DNA from: Chiloscyllium plagiosum
Taxonomy: Eukaryota
Length of the DNA: 50,390 bases
Assembly (NCBI RefSeq): GCF_004010195.1
Contig: NC_057719.1
Coordinates: forward strand, 888,832-939,221
Reading direction: 5' to 3'
The translations under genes and the position numbers were made by a program. Of the stretch, positions 23,521 through 35,250 are shown in pieces. The notes under the pieces are model-generated. The model was not told where the DNA came from. It searched no databases and worked only from the letters and a program-made list of their open reading frames with translations. How positions within the stretch are numbered: the stretch's first letter is position 1; each line of letters starts with the position of its first letter.

Positions 23521-23587
23521 TCATCTGCTCGCACATAGATGTACTCACGTTACCAACTCCACCTGCACCACACTCATATCCAAACCA

Positions 23588-24050
23588 GTGCTGCCCCTGT
23601 CCTGGGACTGTTTGATAGAGGACAGTGTAGAGGGAGCTTTACTCCATATTCAATCCCGTGCTGTCCCTGTCCTGGGCATGTTTGATGGGGGACAATGTAG
23701 AGGAAGCTTTATTCTGTATCTAACCCCATGCTGTCCCTGTCCTGGGAGTGTTTGATGGGGGGACAGTGTAGAGGGACCTTTACTCTGTATCTAACCCTGT
23801 GCTGTCCCTGTCCTGGGAGTGTTTGATAGAGGGACAGTGTAGAGGGAGCTGTACTCTGTATTTAACCCTGTGCTGTCACTGTCCTGGGAGTGTTTGATGG
23901 GGACAATGCAGAGGGAGCTTTACTCTGTATCTAACCCTGTGTTGTCCCTGTCCTGGGAGTGTTTGATAGAGGGACAGTGTAAAGGGAGCTTTACTCTGTA
24001 TTTAACCCTGTGCTGTCCCCGTCCTGGGAGTTTTCGATGGGGACAGAGTG
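23588..24050. repeat. ~69-70-bp tandem repeat, ~6.5 copies (tgctgtccctgtcctgggagtgtttgatggggacagtgtagagggagctttactctgtatctaaccc)
   Basis: Direct reading. Confidence 0.95.
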
Positions 24051-25319
24051 GGGTCTCCTGATTGCGGGGCGAGTGTGGCTTCAGTGGTGAAGAGATGGTG
24101 AGTCCTAAGTTGGTGGGTCTGGAGCAGACGGTGGCGAGGGGAGGGGAGTCCTCCTTGAGTCTTGGTTCTGTCATGGACTTGGTTGAAAAGAATTCTGAAG
24201 TTTTCATTTCTTTATTTCCTAATTTATTCCTACGATCAGTAAATGCTGGACTTCTTATTGCTTTATTTTCCTAACTTTTATCCCCAAAGAATTTGTTCTT
24301 TAGAATCTGTTCCTAGGGACCTTTGTACCTAAGATGGTGCAGTATTGTAAAGTTTTGACTGTATCTATTTGACAAAAAAATCTAATTCTAACCAGACAGT
24401 ATAGAGAGAGCTTCGTTTTCCATTTAAAAGAGTAGAAGAGTACAATTTTAATGAAATTGGCCCAATAATGATTTGTGTTTAGAGTTGAGTAGTGAATAAT
24501 CTCTGAGAATTCAGGCCAGAAGAAATGAGAAACAACTTGGAAAATGAGAATTGCTCTGGATTTCTGGGGTAATGGTGCCCCCTGGTGTTGAAAGTGGGAG
24601 GCAAAATTGTTCAAAATTCATTCAATTTCCTCTCGATCAATGAGCACCGGTCTCTCAAATCTGGGTTTCCCTCCGGCCAACAAAAGCTTTGCAAGATCTG
24701 GCCATCCAGAATGACCAGTGGATCTTGAACTGGAAGCCCACGCAGTGGATCCCCAGCAGCCGATTGCAAACTGGGATCCCAGGAAACAGAATGGATTCGA
24801 GGTGATTTGTGATCCTGATGTCTCACTCGGGTGACATTGCGCACCTTCTGGTTGGTTTGATCTGAGGAGGTTAATCCCACAAACGTGGCAGGATTTCATC
24901 GGCTGCATTGGGGTCGGCTGTCACCCTGGGCTTGGTGGGACTCATTTCTCTGAGTGGCAGAGAGCGAGAGGGTCTGAATCTCACGGCCTTGACAGCTCAA
25001 CGTTACTGGTGGGCCGCTGCTACACCCATTCAAACAGAGCTGCCATGGGAAAGGGCAGGTTCTGATAATGAACCATTTCACCCAGTGACTGGGCTGTGCT
25101 CCTGGTCCAGCAGGCTGGATCACTCTCACATCTCATCATTACCCTCTTCCCCCTTGGTCTCAGGGTGTGCGCTGTGCGGCTCCCAGCTGCTGGGAGGGAG
25201 CTCTGTACAGACTCCCAGTCAGGGCACACACACTACAGACAGGGAGTCAGATAGAGTCCCAACATCAGCTTTGGGAAGAGCCACACCCAGATTTGGAATT
25301 TATGCTGCAAGGAGAACTA

Positions 25320-25450
25320 TAACGGCAGGAATAGCAACAGGAATGGGAGCAGGAATGGGAACAGGAACAGGAGCAAGAATGGGAGGAGGATTGGGAATAG
25401 GGATAGGAGCAGGAATGGGAACAGGAATGGGAGCAGGAATACAAAACAGA
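25320..25450. repeat. Purine-rich hexamer repeat (GGAATG/GGAACA/GGAGCA)
   Basis: Direct reading. Confidence 0.9.
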
Positions 25451-25459
25451 GTCTTGGGA

Positions 25460-26690
25460 TAAGGAGGGAGCATTTTCAGGATGGGAACCTGTAACTAGTG
25501 GAGCGTCACATGGGTCAGTGCTGTAATTATTTCCATTAATGCCTTGGATGAGGAAAGTGAGTGTGCTATAGCCAAGTTTGGGAATGACACAAAAGTAGTT
25601 GGGAAGGCAATTGGTGAAGATAATACAGAGAGTCTGCAGAGGGATACAGACAGGTTAATGGAGGGGGAAAAAACCTCACATGTGGAATCTAATGTGGGGA
25701 AATGTGAAATTACACACTTTGGCAGTGACACAAAAGTAGTTGGGAAGGCAATTGGTGAAGATAATACAGAGAGTCTGCAGAGGGATACAGACAGGTTAAT
25801 GGAGGGGGAAAAACCTCACAAGTGGAATCTAATGTGGGGAAATGTGAAATTACACACTTTGGCAGGAAGAATAGAGGAGCTGAATATTGTTTAAATGGAA
25901 AAAGTCTGCAGAAAACTGCAGCAGCGAGAGATTTGGGAATCTTGGTGCATTAATCACAAAAACACCAGCAACCAAGTTCAGTGGGTGATAGGGAAGGCAA
26001 ATGGAATGTTGGCCTTTATTTCAGAGAGAATGGAAAATAAAAATAGCAAAGTTTTGCTTATACTGTACAAGGCTCAGGTCAGAGCACAGCTGGAATACTG
26101 CGAACAGTATGGGCCCTGTATCTAAGGAAAGATAGACTCACATTGGAGGCAATCCAGAGAAGGGTCCCTAGGCTGTTACTGGTACAGAGGGATATAGTTT
26201 TTAATTCCCATATCACTGGGTAGTCCAGCGTTTATTGTCCATCCTTAGTTGCCCTGAGGAGACAGAGGTTGAGGAGGTTGGGGCCTGTACTCACTGCAGT
26301 TTAGAAGAATGAGTGGTGACCTTACTGAAACAAACTGACAAGATTCTTAGGGGACGTGACAGGGGAGATGTGGAGAGGATGTCTCCCCTTGTGGGGGAGA
26401 GTCTAGGACCAGAGGGTATCATCTCAGAATAGGGGGTCACACATCTCATATGGAGAGGAGGAAGAATTTCTCCTCTCTGAGGGGAGTGAATCTGTGGAAT
26501 TCTTTCCCACAGTGAGCCATCGAGGCTGGGGCATTCAGGATATTCAAGGCTGAGAGAGACGGATTTTTAATCAGTAATAGGATCAAGGGTTAAGGGGGAA
26601 AGGCAGGAAAGTGGAGTTGAGGATGATCAGATCATGGTGGAGCAGACTCGATGGGCTGAATGGCCTACTGCTGCTCCTTTGTGTTATGAT
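25460..26690 (+). mobile_element. CR1 RT-to-tail fragment with ~140-bp tandem duplication (~25585-25865)
   Basis: IAKFGNDTKV, NVGKCEITHFG, LYKAQVRAQLEYC; tail gatgggctgaatggcctact. Confidence 0.88.
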
Positions 26691-27329
26691 CTTTCAGCCT
26701 GCTCCACCTGATCGATAGGATCACACCTGACCCCCTTGATCAATGCCATTGCCCACCATATCCTCATGTCCATCAATTCCCAAAAACCCATCCACAGCGA
26801 CTGACCAGCCACAGCTCTCTGGGCTACCAAATTCCAACAAATGGCAACACTCCGAGTGAAAAGATTTCTCCTCCCCTCAGCCCTAAATGGCTGACCCATT
26901 ATTCCATGGCCGATGTTTCTGGGCTCTCAGCATTTCAGCATCTACCGTGTCACCCAGGAGATGTCCGGAATTTTCAATAAGATCCTGTATCCCAGAGAAT
27001 ATTAAGCCAAACTGGGTGGAATGTCGAGCTGAAAGAATATAGTCTCAAGGACATGGCAACGTTTGTTTGGCAGGAGGAGCTGGGAGGGTTGGGGAACCCA
27101 ATGTTGGAGATCCTTGTGATGGACGTAAGCCCATGGAGGGGTTGAAGTGCCCCCGAGGCAGGGAGCTGTCCTCAAGGAAGGGCAACAGAATATGTTAAGA
27201 GGGAGTGGAATTTCAGACAAGGCTAGAAGGCCATGGTGTTGGTTTCCTCAATGTTCAGCTACAGAAAGATCATACTTTCCAAATTCTCTGCACCTCACAA
27301 GTGTTCCAATACGCACAACTTTTATAGAG

Positions 27330-27835
27330 ACATCGATTGGCATGACGGCGAATACCCTTGCCAACTTTTATAGGTGCGCCATTGAGAGCATTCTGTCTGA
27401 ATGTATCACTCCCTGGTATGGTAACTGTACCGTTCAAGATCGGAGACAGTTACAGAGAGCGATGAACTCGGCCCGGGCAATCACGAAGGCCAACCTCCCA
27501 TCTGTAGAATCCATCTACCAGGCCCCGCTGTCAAGGAAAGGCCGCCAGCATTCTCAAAGATCCATCCCACCCTGGGAATGTTTATCTACAACCTCTACCA
27601 TCGGGGAGAAGGTACAGAAGCCTGAACACACGCACCAGCTGGTTTCGGAACAGTTTCTACCGGAATGTTGTTAGAATACGGAATGGACTTTCAAACTCTT
27701 AACATTTGTTTTTGCCGCTGTTTGCCTATTATTTACTATCTATGCTACTTAACTCTGGAATCTGCCTGTGTGGCTCACAAGACAAAGATTTTCACTGTGC
27801 CTCAGTACACGTGACAATAAATTCAATTCAATTCA
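27330..27835 (+). mobile_element. Rex1/Babar-type LINE 3' end
   Basis: TLANFYRCAIESILSECITPWYGNC; tail ttttcactgtgcctcagtacacgtgacaataaattcaattcaattc. Confidence 0.85.
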
Positions 27836-28935
27836 ATCATACAGCACAGAAACAGGCCCTTCGGTCCACCTCTCCATACTGACCAGGTATCCCAAACAAA
27901 ACTGTCCAATTCACCTGCATTTGGCCCATATCCCTCCAAACCTTTCTTAACCATGTACCTATCCAACTGTCTTTTAAATGCTATAACTGTACCAGTCTCC
28001 ACCACTTCCTCTGGCAGCTCATTCCATACATGTATCACCCTCTGTGTGAAAAAGTTACCCCTTAGGGCTCTTTTATAACTTTCTGTCTCTCACCCTAAAC
28101 CTATGCCCTCTAGTTCTGAATTCCTCTAGCCTGGGAAATAGATCTTGGTTGTTCACCCTATCCATGCTTCTCATGATCTTAAAAACCTCTACAAGGTCAC
28201 CCCTCAGGCTCCGATGCTCCAGGGAAAAAGTCCCAGCCTATCCAGCCTCTCCTTGTAACTCAAACCTTCCAGCCCCAGTAACATCCTAGTAAATCTTTTC
28301 TCTCCAATTTAATAATATCCTTCCTGCAGCAGGGCAACCAGAATTGAACACAATATCCCAAAAGTGGCCTCACCAATATCCTACGCAGCTGCAACATGAT
28401 GTCCCAACTCCTGTACTCAATGCACTGACCAATAAAGGAAAACATGCCAAACACCTTCATCACCACCTTGACTACCTGCAACTCCACTTTCAAGGAACTA
28501 TAAACCTAAGCCCCTGGTCTCTCTGTTCAACAGCACTCCCCAGGGCCCTCCCATTGACTGTGTGAGTCCTGCCCTGGTTTGTCTTACCAAAATGTAACAC
28601 CTGGCATTTGTCTAAATTAAACTCCATCAGCTACCCCTCAACCCATCAGCCCATCAGATCAAAATCCCATTGTACCTTGAGATAACCTTCTTTACTGTTC
28701 ACCACGCCTCCAAGTTTGATATTATCCACAAACTTACTCACCATGCTTCCCATATTCTCACACAAGTCATTTTTCTAAATGACAATTAACAATGGACCCA
28801 GCACCAATCCTTGAGGCGCACCACTAGTCACAGGCCTCCATCCTGAACGATAACCCTCCAGCACCACTCTCTGCCTTCTATCATCAAGTCAATTTTGTGT
28901 TCATTTGGCTCACTCTCCCTGGATCCCATGTGATT
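27835..28935 (-). mobile_element. CR1 RT-to-tail fragment
   Basis: VWNELPEEVVE; ILVRPLLGYCVQFW. Confidence 0.9.
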
Positions 28936-29154
28936 GAACTTCCTGTCATTCACTCTGAAGTATTGTGTGGGGGAAAAAAACAGACTCATATTTATACAGC
29001 ACCTTCTGCAGTATGGGGCATGTTAACTGTGTAGGTGGACTGGGAAAATCAGGATGGTGGGGGATCCCAAGAAAAGGGAATTGATGGAATGTCTACACAA
29101 TGGTTTTTTAGAGCAGTTTGTGGTTGAGGCCACTAGGGAACAGGCAATTCTGGA

Positions 29155-29465
29155 TTTGATTAGATTCCCTACAGTGTGGAAACAGGCCCTTCGGCCCAAC
29201 AAGTCCACATCAACCCTCCGAAGAGCAATCCACCCAGACCTATTTCCCTCTGACTAATGCACTGAACACTATGGGCAGTTTATCATGGCCAATTCACCTG
29301 ACCTGCACATCTTTGGACTGTGGGAGGAAACCGGAGCACCCGGAGGAAACCCACGCAGACACGGGTAGAACGTGCAAACTCCACACAGTCAGTCGCCTGA
29401 GGCGGGAATCAAACCCGGGTCCCTGGTGCTGCGAGGCAGCAGCGCTAACCACTGTGCCACCGTAC
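29155..29465 (-). mobile_element. HE1-type SINE nested in a CR1 endonuclease region
   Basis: Reverse complement of the HE1-type sequence at 11372. Confidence 0.93.
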
Positions 29466-30014
29466 CACCAGTGCCAATTTGGAGATGTGTAGCATGGCAG
29501 ACTTGATTAGGGAGCTAAAGGTGAAGGAACCTCTAGGGGGCAGTGACCATAATATGATAGACTCCACTCTGCAGTTTGAGAGGGAGAAGCTGGAATCCGA
29601 TGTAACATTATTATTACTGAGTAAGGGAACTACAATGGCATGAGGGAGGAGCTGGCCAGGGTTGATTGGAAGGGGAGCCGAGCAGGAAAGATGGTGGAGC
29701 AGCAATGGCAGGAGTTTCTGGGGATAAATCGGGAGGCACAACAGAAATTTGTCCTAAGGAAGGTTTGGAGGGATATGGGCCAGGAGCAGGCAAATGCGGC
29801 TAGTTTAGTTTGGGAACGTGGTCAGCACGGTCTGGTTGGACCAAAGGGTCTGTTTCTGTGCTGTGTGACTTTCTGACTCCATCTTTCTTGTGAACCTCCT
29901 CTGGACTCACTCCAACACCAACACATCCTTCCTTAGATATGGGACCTAAAACTGCTCACAATATTCCAAATGTGGTCTAACTAGAGCCTTATACAGCCTC
30001 AGCAGTGTATAGAC

Positions 30015-30315
30015 ACATAGAATCCCTATGGTGTGGAAGCAGACACTCAGCCCATCAAGTCCACGCTGACCCTCTGAGCACCGTCCCATCTGGCTATCCT
30101 ATTCCAATAGCCGTGCATTTCTCCATGGCTAATCCACCCAGCCTGCACATTTCTGGGTACTATGGGCAATTTCCCGTGGCCAACCTGCACATCTTTGGAC
30201 TGTGGGAGGAAACCGGAGCACCCAGAGGAAGCCCAGACAGTCACCCAAGGCTGGAACCAAACCCAGGTCCCTAATGCTGTGAGGCATCAGTGCTAAGCAT
30301 TGAGCCACCATGCCA
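30015..30315 (-). mobile_element. HE1-related SINE variant
   Basis: ctgcacatctttggactgtgggaggaaaccggagcacc core. Confidence 0.85.
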
Positions 30316-30928
30316 TTCCTCTGCAATATCTGCTGCTCTTGTACTCTGGTCCTCTTGAAATGACTTGTAAATAACCCAGGGATGAAGGCCTTGTCATATG
30401 AGGGGTGGTTGAGGATCCTGGGTCTGTACTCGATGGAGTTCAGAAGGATGAGGGGTGTCTGATTGAAATGTACAGAATACTGAGAGGCCTGGATAGAGTG
30501 GACATGGAGAAGATGTTTCCACTGATGGGAGAGACTGGGAGCCGAGGGCACAGCCTCAGGGTGAAGGGACAACCCTTTGGAACTGAGAGCAAGAGGAATT
30601 TCTTCCGTCAGAGGGTGGGGAATCAGTGGAACTCAGAGGGCTGTGGAGACCAAGTCATTGAGTGTATTTAAGACAGAGGTAGGTCGGTTCCTGATTGGTA
30701 AGGGTGTCAAGAGTTACAGGGAGAAGGCAGGAGAATGGGTTGCAGAAACATATCACGCCATGATCGGATGGTGGGGCAGAGTCAATGGGCAGAATAGCCT
30801 AATTCTGTTCCTATACTTTATGATCTCATGTCTTGTCACGCCCCTCAAAAAAGGTTCAGTGAGCTCAGACACAAGTTATCAGTGACTTGAAAGTGGAGTC
30901 GCAGGTAGATAGGATAGCCTTTCATCCA

Positions 30929-31050
30929 CGGCTTTTGCCCGAGACGTCGATTTTCCTGCTCCTCGGATGCTGCCTGACCTGCTGTGCTTTCCCAGCACCA
31001 CTCTGATCTAAACTCTGGTTTCCAGCATCTGCAGTCCTCACTTTTGCCTC
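30929..31050 (+). mobile_element. Family-B Penelope-terminal-repeat fragment
   Basis: ggcttttgcccgagacgtcgattttcctgctcctcggatgctgcc. Confidence 0.8.
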
Positions 31051-31407
31051 AGAGGGATATGGGCCGGGTGCTGGCAGGTGGGACTAGATTGGGTTGGGAT
31101 ATCCGGTCGGCACAGACGAGTTGGACCAAGGGGTCTGTTTCCGTGCTGTACATCTCTATGACTCTGTGACTGTTAGGATCCAAAGCAGGGGACCTAGGGA
31201 ACAGGAACCACTGCCTCTGCCTCACATTCTGTACTTTTCTCACTGTCCGTTCAATCGTTCATGTAAAGGGCTTGATTTGAGGATCACACACTCTCCTGCA
31301 GTTTAATAATATTCTTGTGCCATTTAAAAGTAACCCAAATGCGGTACACGAATTCTGTTAACTTGAAGATCTAGTGTTGGGTTTATGTACAGCTAAACTC
31401 ATTTATA

Positions 31408-31618
31408 GATTAGAGTAAAGAGTGTGGTGCTGGAAAAGCGCAGCTGGTCAGACAGCGTCTGAGGAGCAGGAGAATCAACGTTTCGGGCAAAAGCCCTTCA
31501 TCAGGAATGTCTGATTTTGCCCGAAATGTGATTTTCTTGCTCCTTGGATGCTGCTGTGCTTATCCAACACCACAATGTCAAACCTGATCTCCAGCATCTG
31601 CAGTCCTCACTTTCACCT
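31408..31618. mobile_element. Family-B inverted-repeat element with flanking ctcatttataga duplication
   Basis: Minus arm ~31411-31507, plus arm ~31511-31617; ctcatttatagatt is present on both sides (~31399 and ~31617). Confidence 0.85.
31473..31508 (-). ncRNA. Minimal hammerhead ribozyme motif (family B)
   Basis: AUUC-CUGAUGA-A-GGGC(UUUU)GCCC-GAA-ACGU-U-GAUU. Confidence 0.75.
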
Positions 31619-32012
31619 CATTTATAGATTGTGTACAATATGCATACACAGCCTGTTCCTGGAGGATGACAGTGCAGAGAGCCTGGGGCCTGTGAGTTAC
31701 TATTATGTTGAATCCTTAAAGGGACATTGCACCAAAGGTGGGTGCAGGATGACACCTGGAAATGGAGCTAAATCACAAAATGAGCTGAGGGAACACAGGA
31801 GAAGGAGTCTCAGACTGAAGGTATGTTTTATTCCTGTGCTGATTTGGCAATCGATCAGTGCAGATGGCTAAAGTGACATCTCAAGCCATGGATCCAATCT
31901 GTATACGAGCTGACCTCATTTCTGGGGCTACATTGTAGTACCCCCATTCTGCCCCAAACTCTCTCATATGGAATGATGTGGAGTCCTGCCCTGTGGGTGG
32001 AGGGACACATAC

Positions 32013-32064
32013 CTTTGAAAGACCTGGGTTCTTTGTAACGCTTGACGTTGAACCATCAATTCTC
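32013..32064 (-). CDS. CCDC170-like gene, exon C (52 nt; (R)RIDGSTSSVTKNPGLSK)
   Basis: tctctctgtctcttcacag|GAGAATT...TCAAAG|gtatgt. The first base completes the AG codon from exon B; ends in phase 0. Confidence 0.8.
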
Positions 32065-32309
32065 CTGTGAAGAGACAGAGAGAACATGAATGAGGTGGAG
32101 AGAGCTGGAGAAGGATGTATCAGTGGCGCTATCAGTGTAGGCTCTCCCACCACTCAGCCTCCTCCCTCCAATGCACCAATCTTTTCTTTCTCAGAACACC
32201 AGGTTAAAGGTCACGGACCTGAAATGTTAACTCTGTTTCTTGCTCCCCAAATCCTGTCAGACCTGCTGAGCATTTCCAGCATTTTCTGTTTTTCCTTCTT
32301 TCCTCGTCA

Positions 32310-32975
32310 ATCTTCCCTCCATCATAAGGTCAGAGGTGGGAGTGTTCACTGATGATTGCACAATGTTCAGCACGATTCATGACTCCTCAGGTACTGAAGC
32401 AGTCCATGTTCAAATGCAACAAAATCTGGACAATATCCAGGCTTGGGCTGACAAGTGGCAAGTAACATTTGTACCACACAAATGCCAAATAGTGACCATT
32501 TCAACAAGAGACAATCTAATGGCACAGTGGCTCAGTGGTTAACACTGCTGCCTTGCGGCACCAGGGACCCAGGTTGGATTCCAGCCTTGGGAAACTGTCT
32601 ATCTGGAGTTTGCACACTCTCCCCGTATCTGCGTGGGTTTCCTCCGGGTGCTCTGGTTTCCTCCCATATTCCAAAAATGTGCAGGTTAAGGTGGATTGCC
32701 CATGCTAAATTACCCATAGTGTTAGATGCGTTAGTCGGAGGGAAAATGGGTCTGGGTGGGTTACTGTTCGGAGGGTTGGTGGGAACTTGCTGGGCTGAAG
32801 GGCCTGTTTCCACACTGTAGAGAATCTATTCTAACCATCGCCCTTTGACCTTCAATGGCGCTATTATCACTGAATCCCCCGCTATCATAATCTGGGGTTT
32901 ACTATTAAACAGAAGCTCAACAGGACCAGCCGTATCCAGGACTATATGAACAGGTCAGAGGCTGGGAATCATATG
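32310..32975 (+). mobile_element. Second-LINE RT fragment interrupted by an HE1-type SINE (~32519-32830, +)
   Basis: VFTDDCTMFSTI...NIQAWADKWQVTF; the SINE is flanked by tctaa-like ends. Confidence 0.88.
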
Positions 32976-33235
32976 GTGAGTGAGCTTGGCCAGTGTCTAG
33001 GAGCTGAGGCTGGGTGAGCTGTGCACTTGCACAAAGACAGATGCATGATCTCAGTGAGGATGAGCATGGAACCTCAGATGCACACATCAGGGGCTACGAT
33101 CCCAGAAACCACAGCCTCTAACTGGCAGACAACTGGTGGCAGGAAGGGGTTTTGCTGCCTCATTGGGGGAGGAGGTTGGGGGTGGGGTGGGGTGGGGGGT
33201 TATATATTTGGACTTGAGCTTGCTCCAGTTCTCAC

Positions 33236-33312
33236 CTCAGTCGGGTCAGAGTCCTGATAACCTCATCCTTCTTCTCCAGTTCCTCATGGTAGATCTTCAG
33301 TTGCTCCTCTAG
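33236..33312 (-). CDS. CCDC170-like gene, exon B (77 nt; LEEQLKIYHEELEKKDEVIRTLTRL+AG), coiled-coil
   Basis: tttattccattcacag|CTAGAG...CTGAG|gtgaga. Open frame with heptad-like composition; the phase-2 end fits the next exon. Confidence 0.85.
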
Positions 33313-33514
33313 CTGTGAATGGAATAAAGATAAATTCAGCTGCTGGTCTGGTGTGTCGTACAACACCCGGGATCTCCCCATGTACCATCTCCTCACAGCC
33401 TGAGGTCTTCCTAGGTCACTCGCAGTGTGTCACTAAACAAGGAATTTTGAAGAGGTTAATGGACACGCAGAAGCTTTGCTCATTGTGTGATGGGGAGGTA
33501 CTGTTAGCACTTAC

Positions 33515-33571
33515 ATCCAGCTGTTTTGAATAATCCGGTTGTCTATAGCTGTATGACATTCTTGGTTTCAC
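33515..33571 (-). CDS. CCDC170-like gene, exon A (57 nt; VKPR-MSYSYRQPDYSKQLD; candidate start ATG at 33559)
   Basis: Minus strand: ttattaaag|GTGAAACC...CTGGAT|gtaagt. Strong donor, phase 0, splices in frame over a 202-nt intron into LEEQLKIY. The start codon is inferred. Confidence 0.75.
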
Positions 33572-34254
33572 CTTTAATAAGTACCAAAAGTCCTTAAAGG
33601 TGCATTTTGTTGCTCCTGCTGTCGTTAGTAACTGACCTCCAATGTTACTAAATACCCACTACCCTTCCTGGCACACCCCCCACACTGCCCCTTCTCCTGT
33701 ACCCCAGTCTCGCCCACCGGTCCCAGGTGGGGAGATTACAGTGGGCTGTCTGTGCTGTCAGTCACAGAGTCTCTGTGTTGAGGCTTGTGGAAGGTGTTAG
33801 GAATGAGTGTTGCTGAGACAGAAAGAGGGAATGTTTGGTCAGGTCGCTACAGAAACTGCACAAACAGACTGTCACTAGAGAGCTGGGCAATTATCCTGAT
33901 AATGGGCACGGTCGCCACCCACACCTCTCAAGGGCAAGCCATTGCTCCAGTGACATTTAACAAAGATTAGTCAGGTTACACCTTCACTCCCTCCACCTCA
34001 AGCAGCAAATTGAACGTTGCTACGTGAATGCGATTCCGTCCCCAATAGGCTCAGACAGTTCCAAAGAGGCGTTTCAGCCAAAAACATATGAATACCTGAA
34101 ATAACTCCACAGAGGCCAGTATCCCATCACCTAGTCACTGTTTATGTACAGGTGGGAAACACGCTGGATTTTCAATGAGGTGTGACAAATGACAATGTAA
34201 CTACATTATTTAAATTCAGTCATGGGATGAGGGCATCGCTGGCGAGGCCATAGC

Positions 34255-34337
34255 TACCTGATGGAGGAGCAGCACTCCCAAAGCTTGGACTTCCAAATGA
34301 ACCTGTTGGACTATAACTTAGTATTGTGTGATTTTAA
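34255..34337 (+). mobile_element. Family-A single arm with degenerate hammerhead motif
   Basis: cctgatggaggagcagcactcccaaagct...cctgttggactataac. Confidence 0.75.
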
Positions 34338-34604
34338 ATGAGGTTAACTACTGAACACATTCACACGAGTCTGCTAAAACAATCATTAAACTGGAAAAAC
34401 ATCTATAATGTCGCAGGAGACAAAAAAAATTGGAAAGATTTCAGTACAAACATTAGAAAAGTATTCAAACTATTCATTTTATCTCACATTATCCTCAGGA
34501 ACATTGAAGATTTCAGTGATGTTTTCCCTCTAGCTCAACACCAACTCCCCCTTGCTCAGACATGCACAGCAGCAATCAGCTTCCTTACCGTCAGTTTCTG
34601 CACT

Positions 34605-35250
34605 TTCATTTCTCTTTATTCACTCACAGGATGAGGCTGTCATTGGCCAGGCCAGCATTTATTACCCATCCCTAATTACCCAGAGTGCAGTTAAAATTCA
34701 ACCACATTGCTGTGGGTCTGGAGTCACGTGTAGGCCAGCCCGGGTAGGGATGGCAGTTTCCTTCCCTAAAGGACATTAGTGACCCAGATGGGTTTTCCCA
34801 AAAATCAACAATGGATTCATGGTCATCATTGGGCCAGCACAGTGGTTAGCACTGCTGCCTCACAGCGCCAGGGACCCAGGTTCAATTCCAGCCTCGGGTG
34901 ACTGTCTGTGTGAAGTTTGCACACTCTCCCCGTGTCTGCGTGGGTTTCCTCCGGGTGCTCCGGTTTCCTCCCACAGTCCAAACATGTGCAGGTCAGGTGA
35001 ATTGGCCATGCTAAAATTTCCCATAACGTTAGGTGCATTAGTCAGAGGGAAATGGGTCTGGGTGGGTTACTCTTCGGAGGGTCGGTGTGGGCTTGTTGGG
35101 CTGAAGGGCCTGTTTCCACACTGTAGGGAATCTAATCTAATCATTGATTACAAATTTTAATCATCTGGCATGGCAGGATTGAACCCAGGCCCCTAGAACA
35201 TTAGCTGCATTAACAGTGCAGCAACAACACCATGAGGCCAGCACCTCCAC
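34605..35250. mobile_element. Minus-strand tRNA-SINE interrupted by a plus-strand HE1-type SINE (~34832-35140), tcatt-like TSD
   Basis: Reverse complement of 40875-41225 on both sides of the HE1 copy. Confidence 0.88.

Larger units (their letters stand above)
29020..31170. mobile_element. Nested cluster of CR1 fragments on both strands (endonuclease region ~29020-29760, 3' ends)
   Basis: FLEQFVVEATREQAILDL...GGSDHN; CR1 tail motifs. Confidence 0.8.

Noticed and set aside
23549..23610. Minus-strand gtgagt donor next to the 69-bp array
   Set aside because: No credible acceptor and no homology to the protein.
17118..24050. Tandem arrays as possible CRISPR arrays
   Set aside because: No unique spacers, no cas genes, vertebrate context.
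24908..25462. 184-aa plus ORF ending in Gly-rich repeats
   Set aside because: Non-ATG start, hexamer-repeat tail, no recognisable domain.
31881..32012. Read-through peptide GYYNVAPEMRSARIQ resembling CCDC170 HYRNVAQNARSE
   Set aside because: Lies right after a strong donor, hits a stop and has no usable donor; probably chance.
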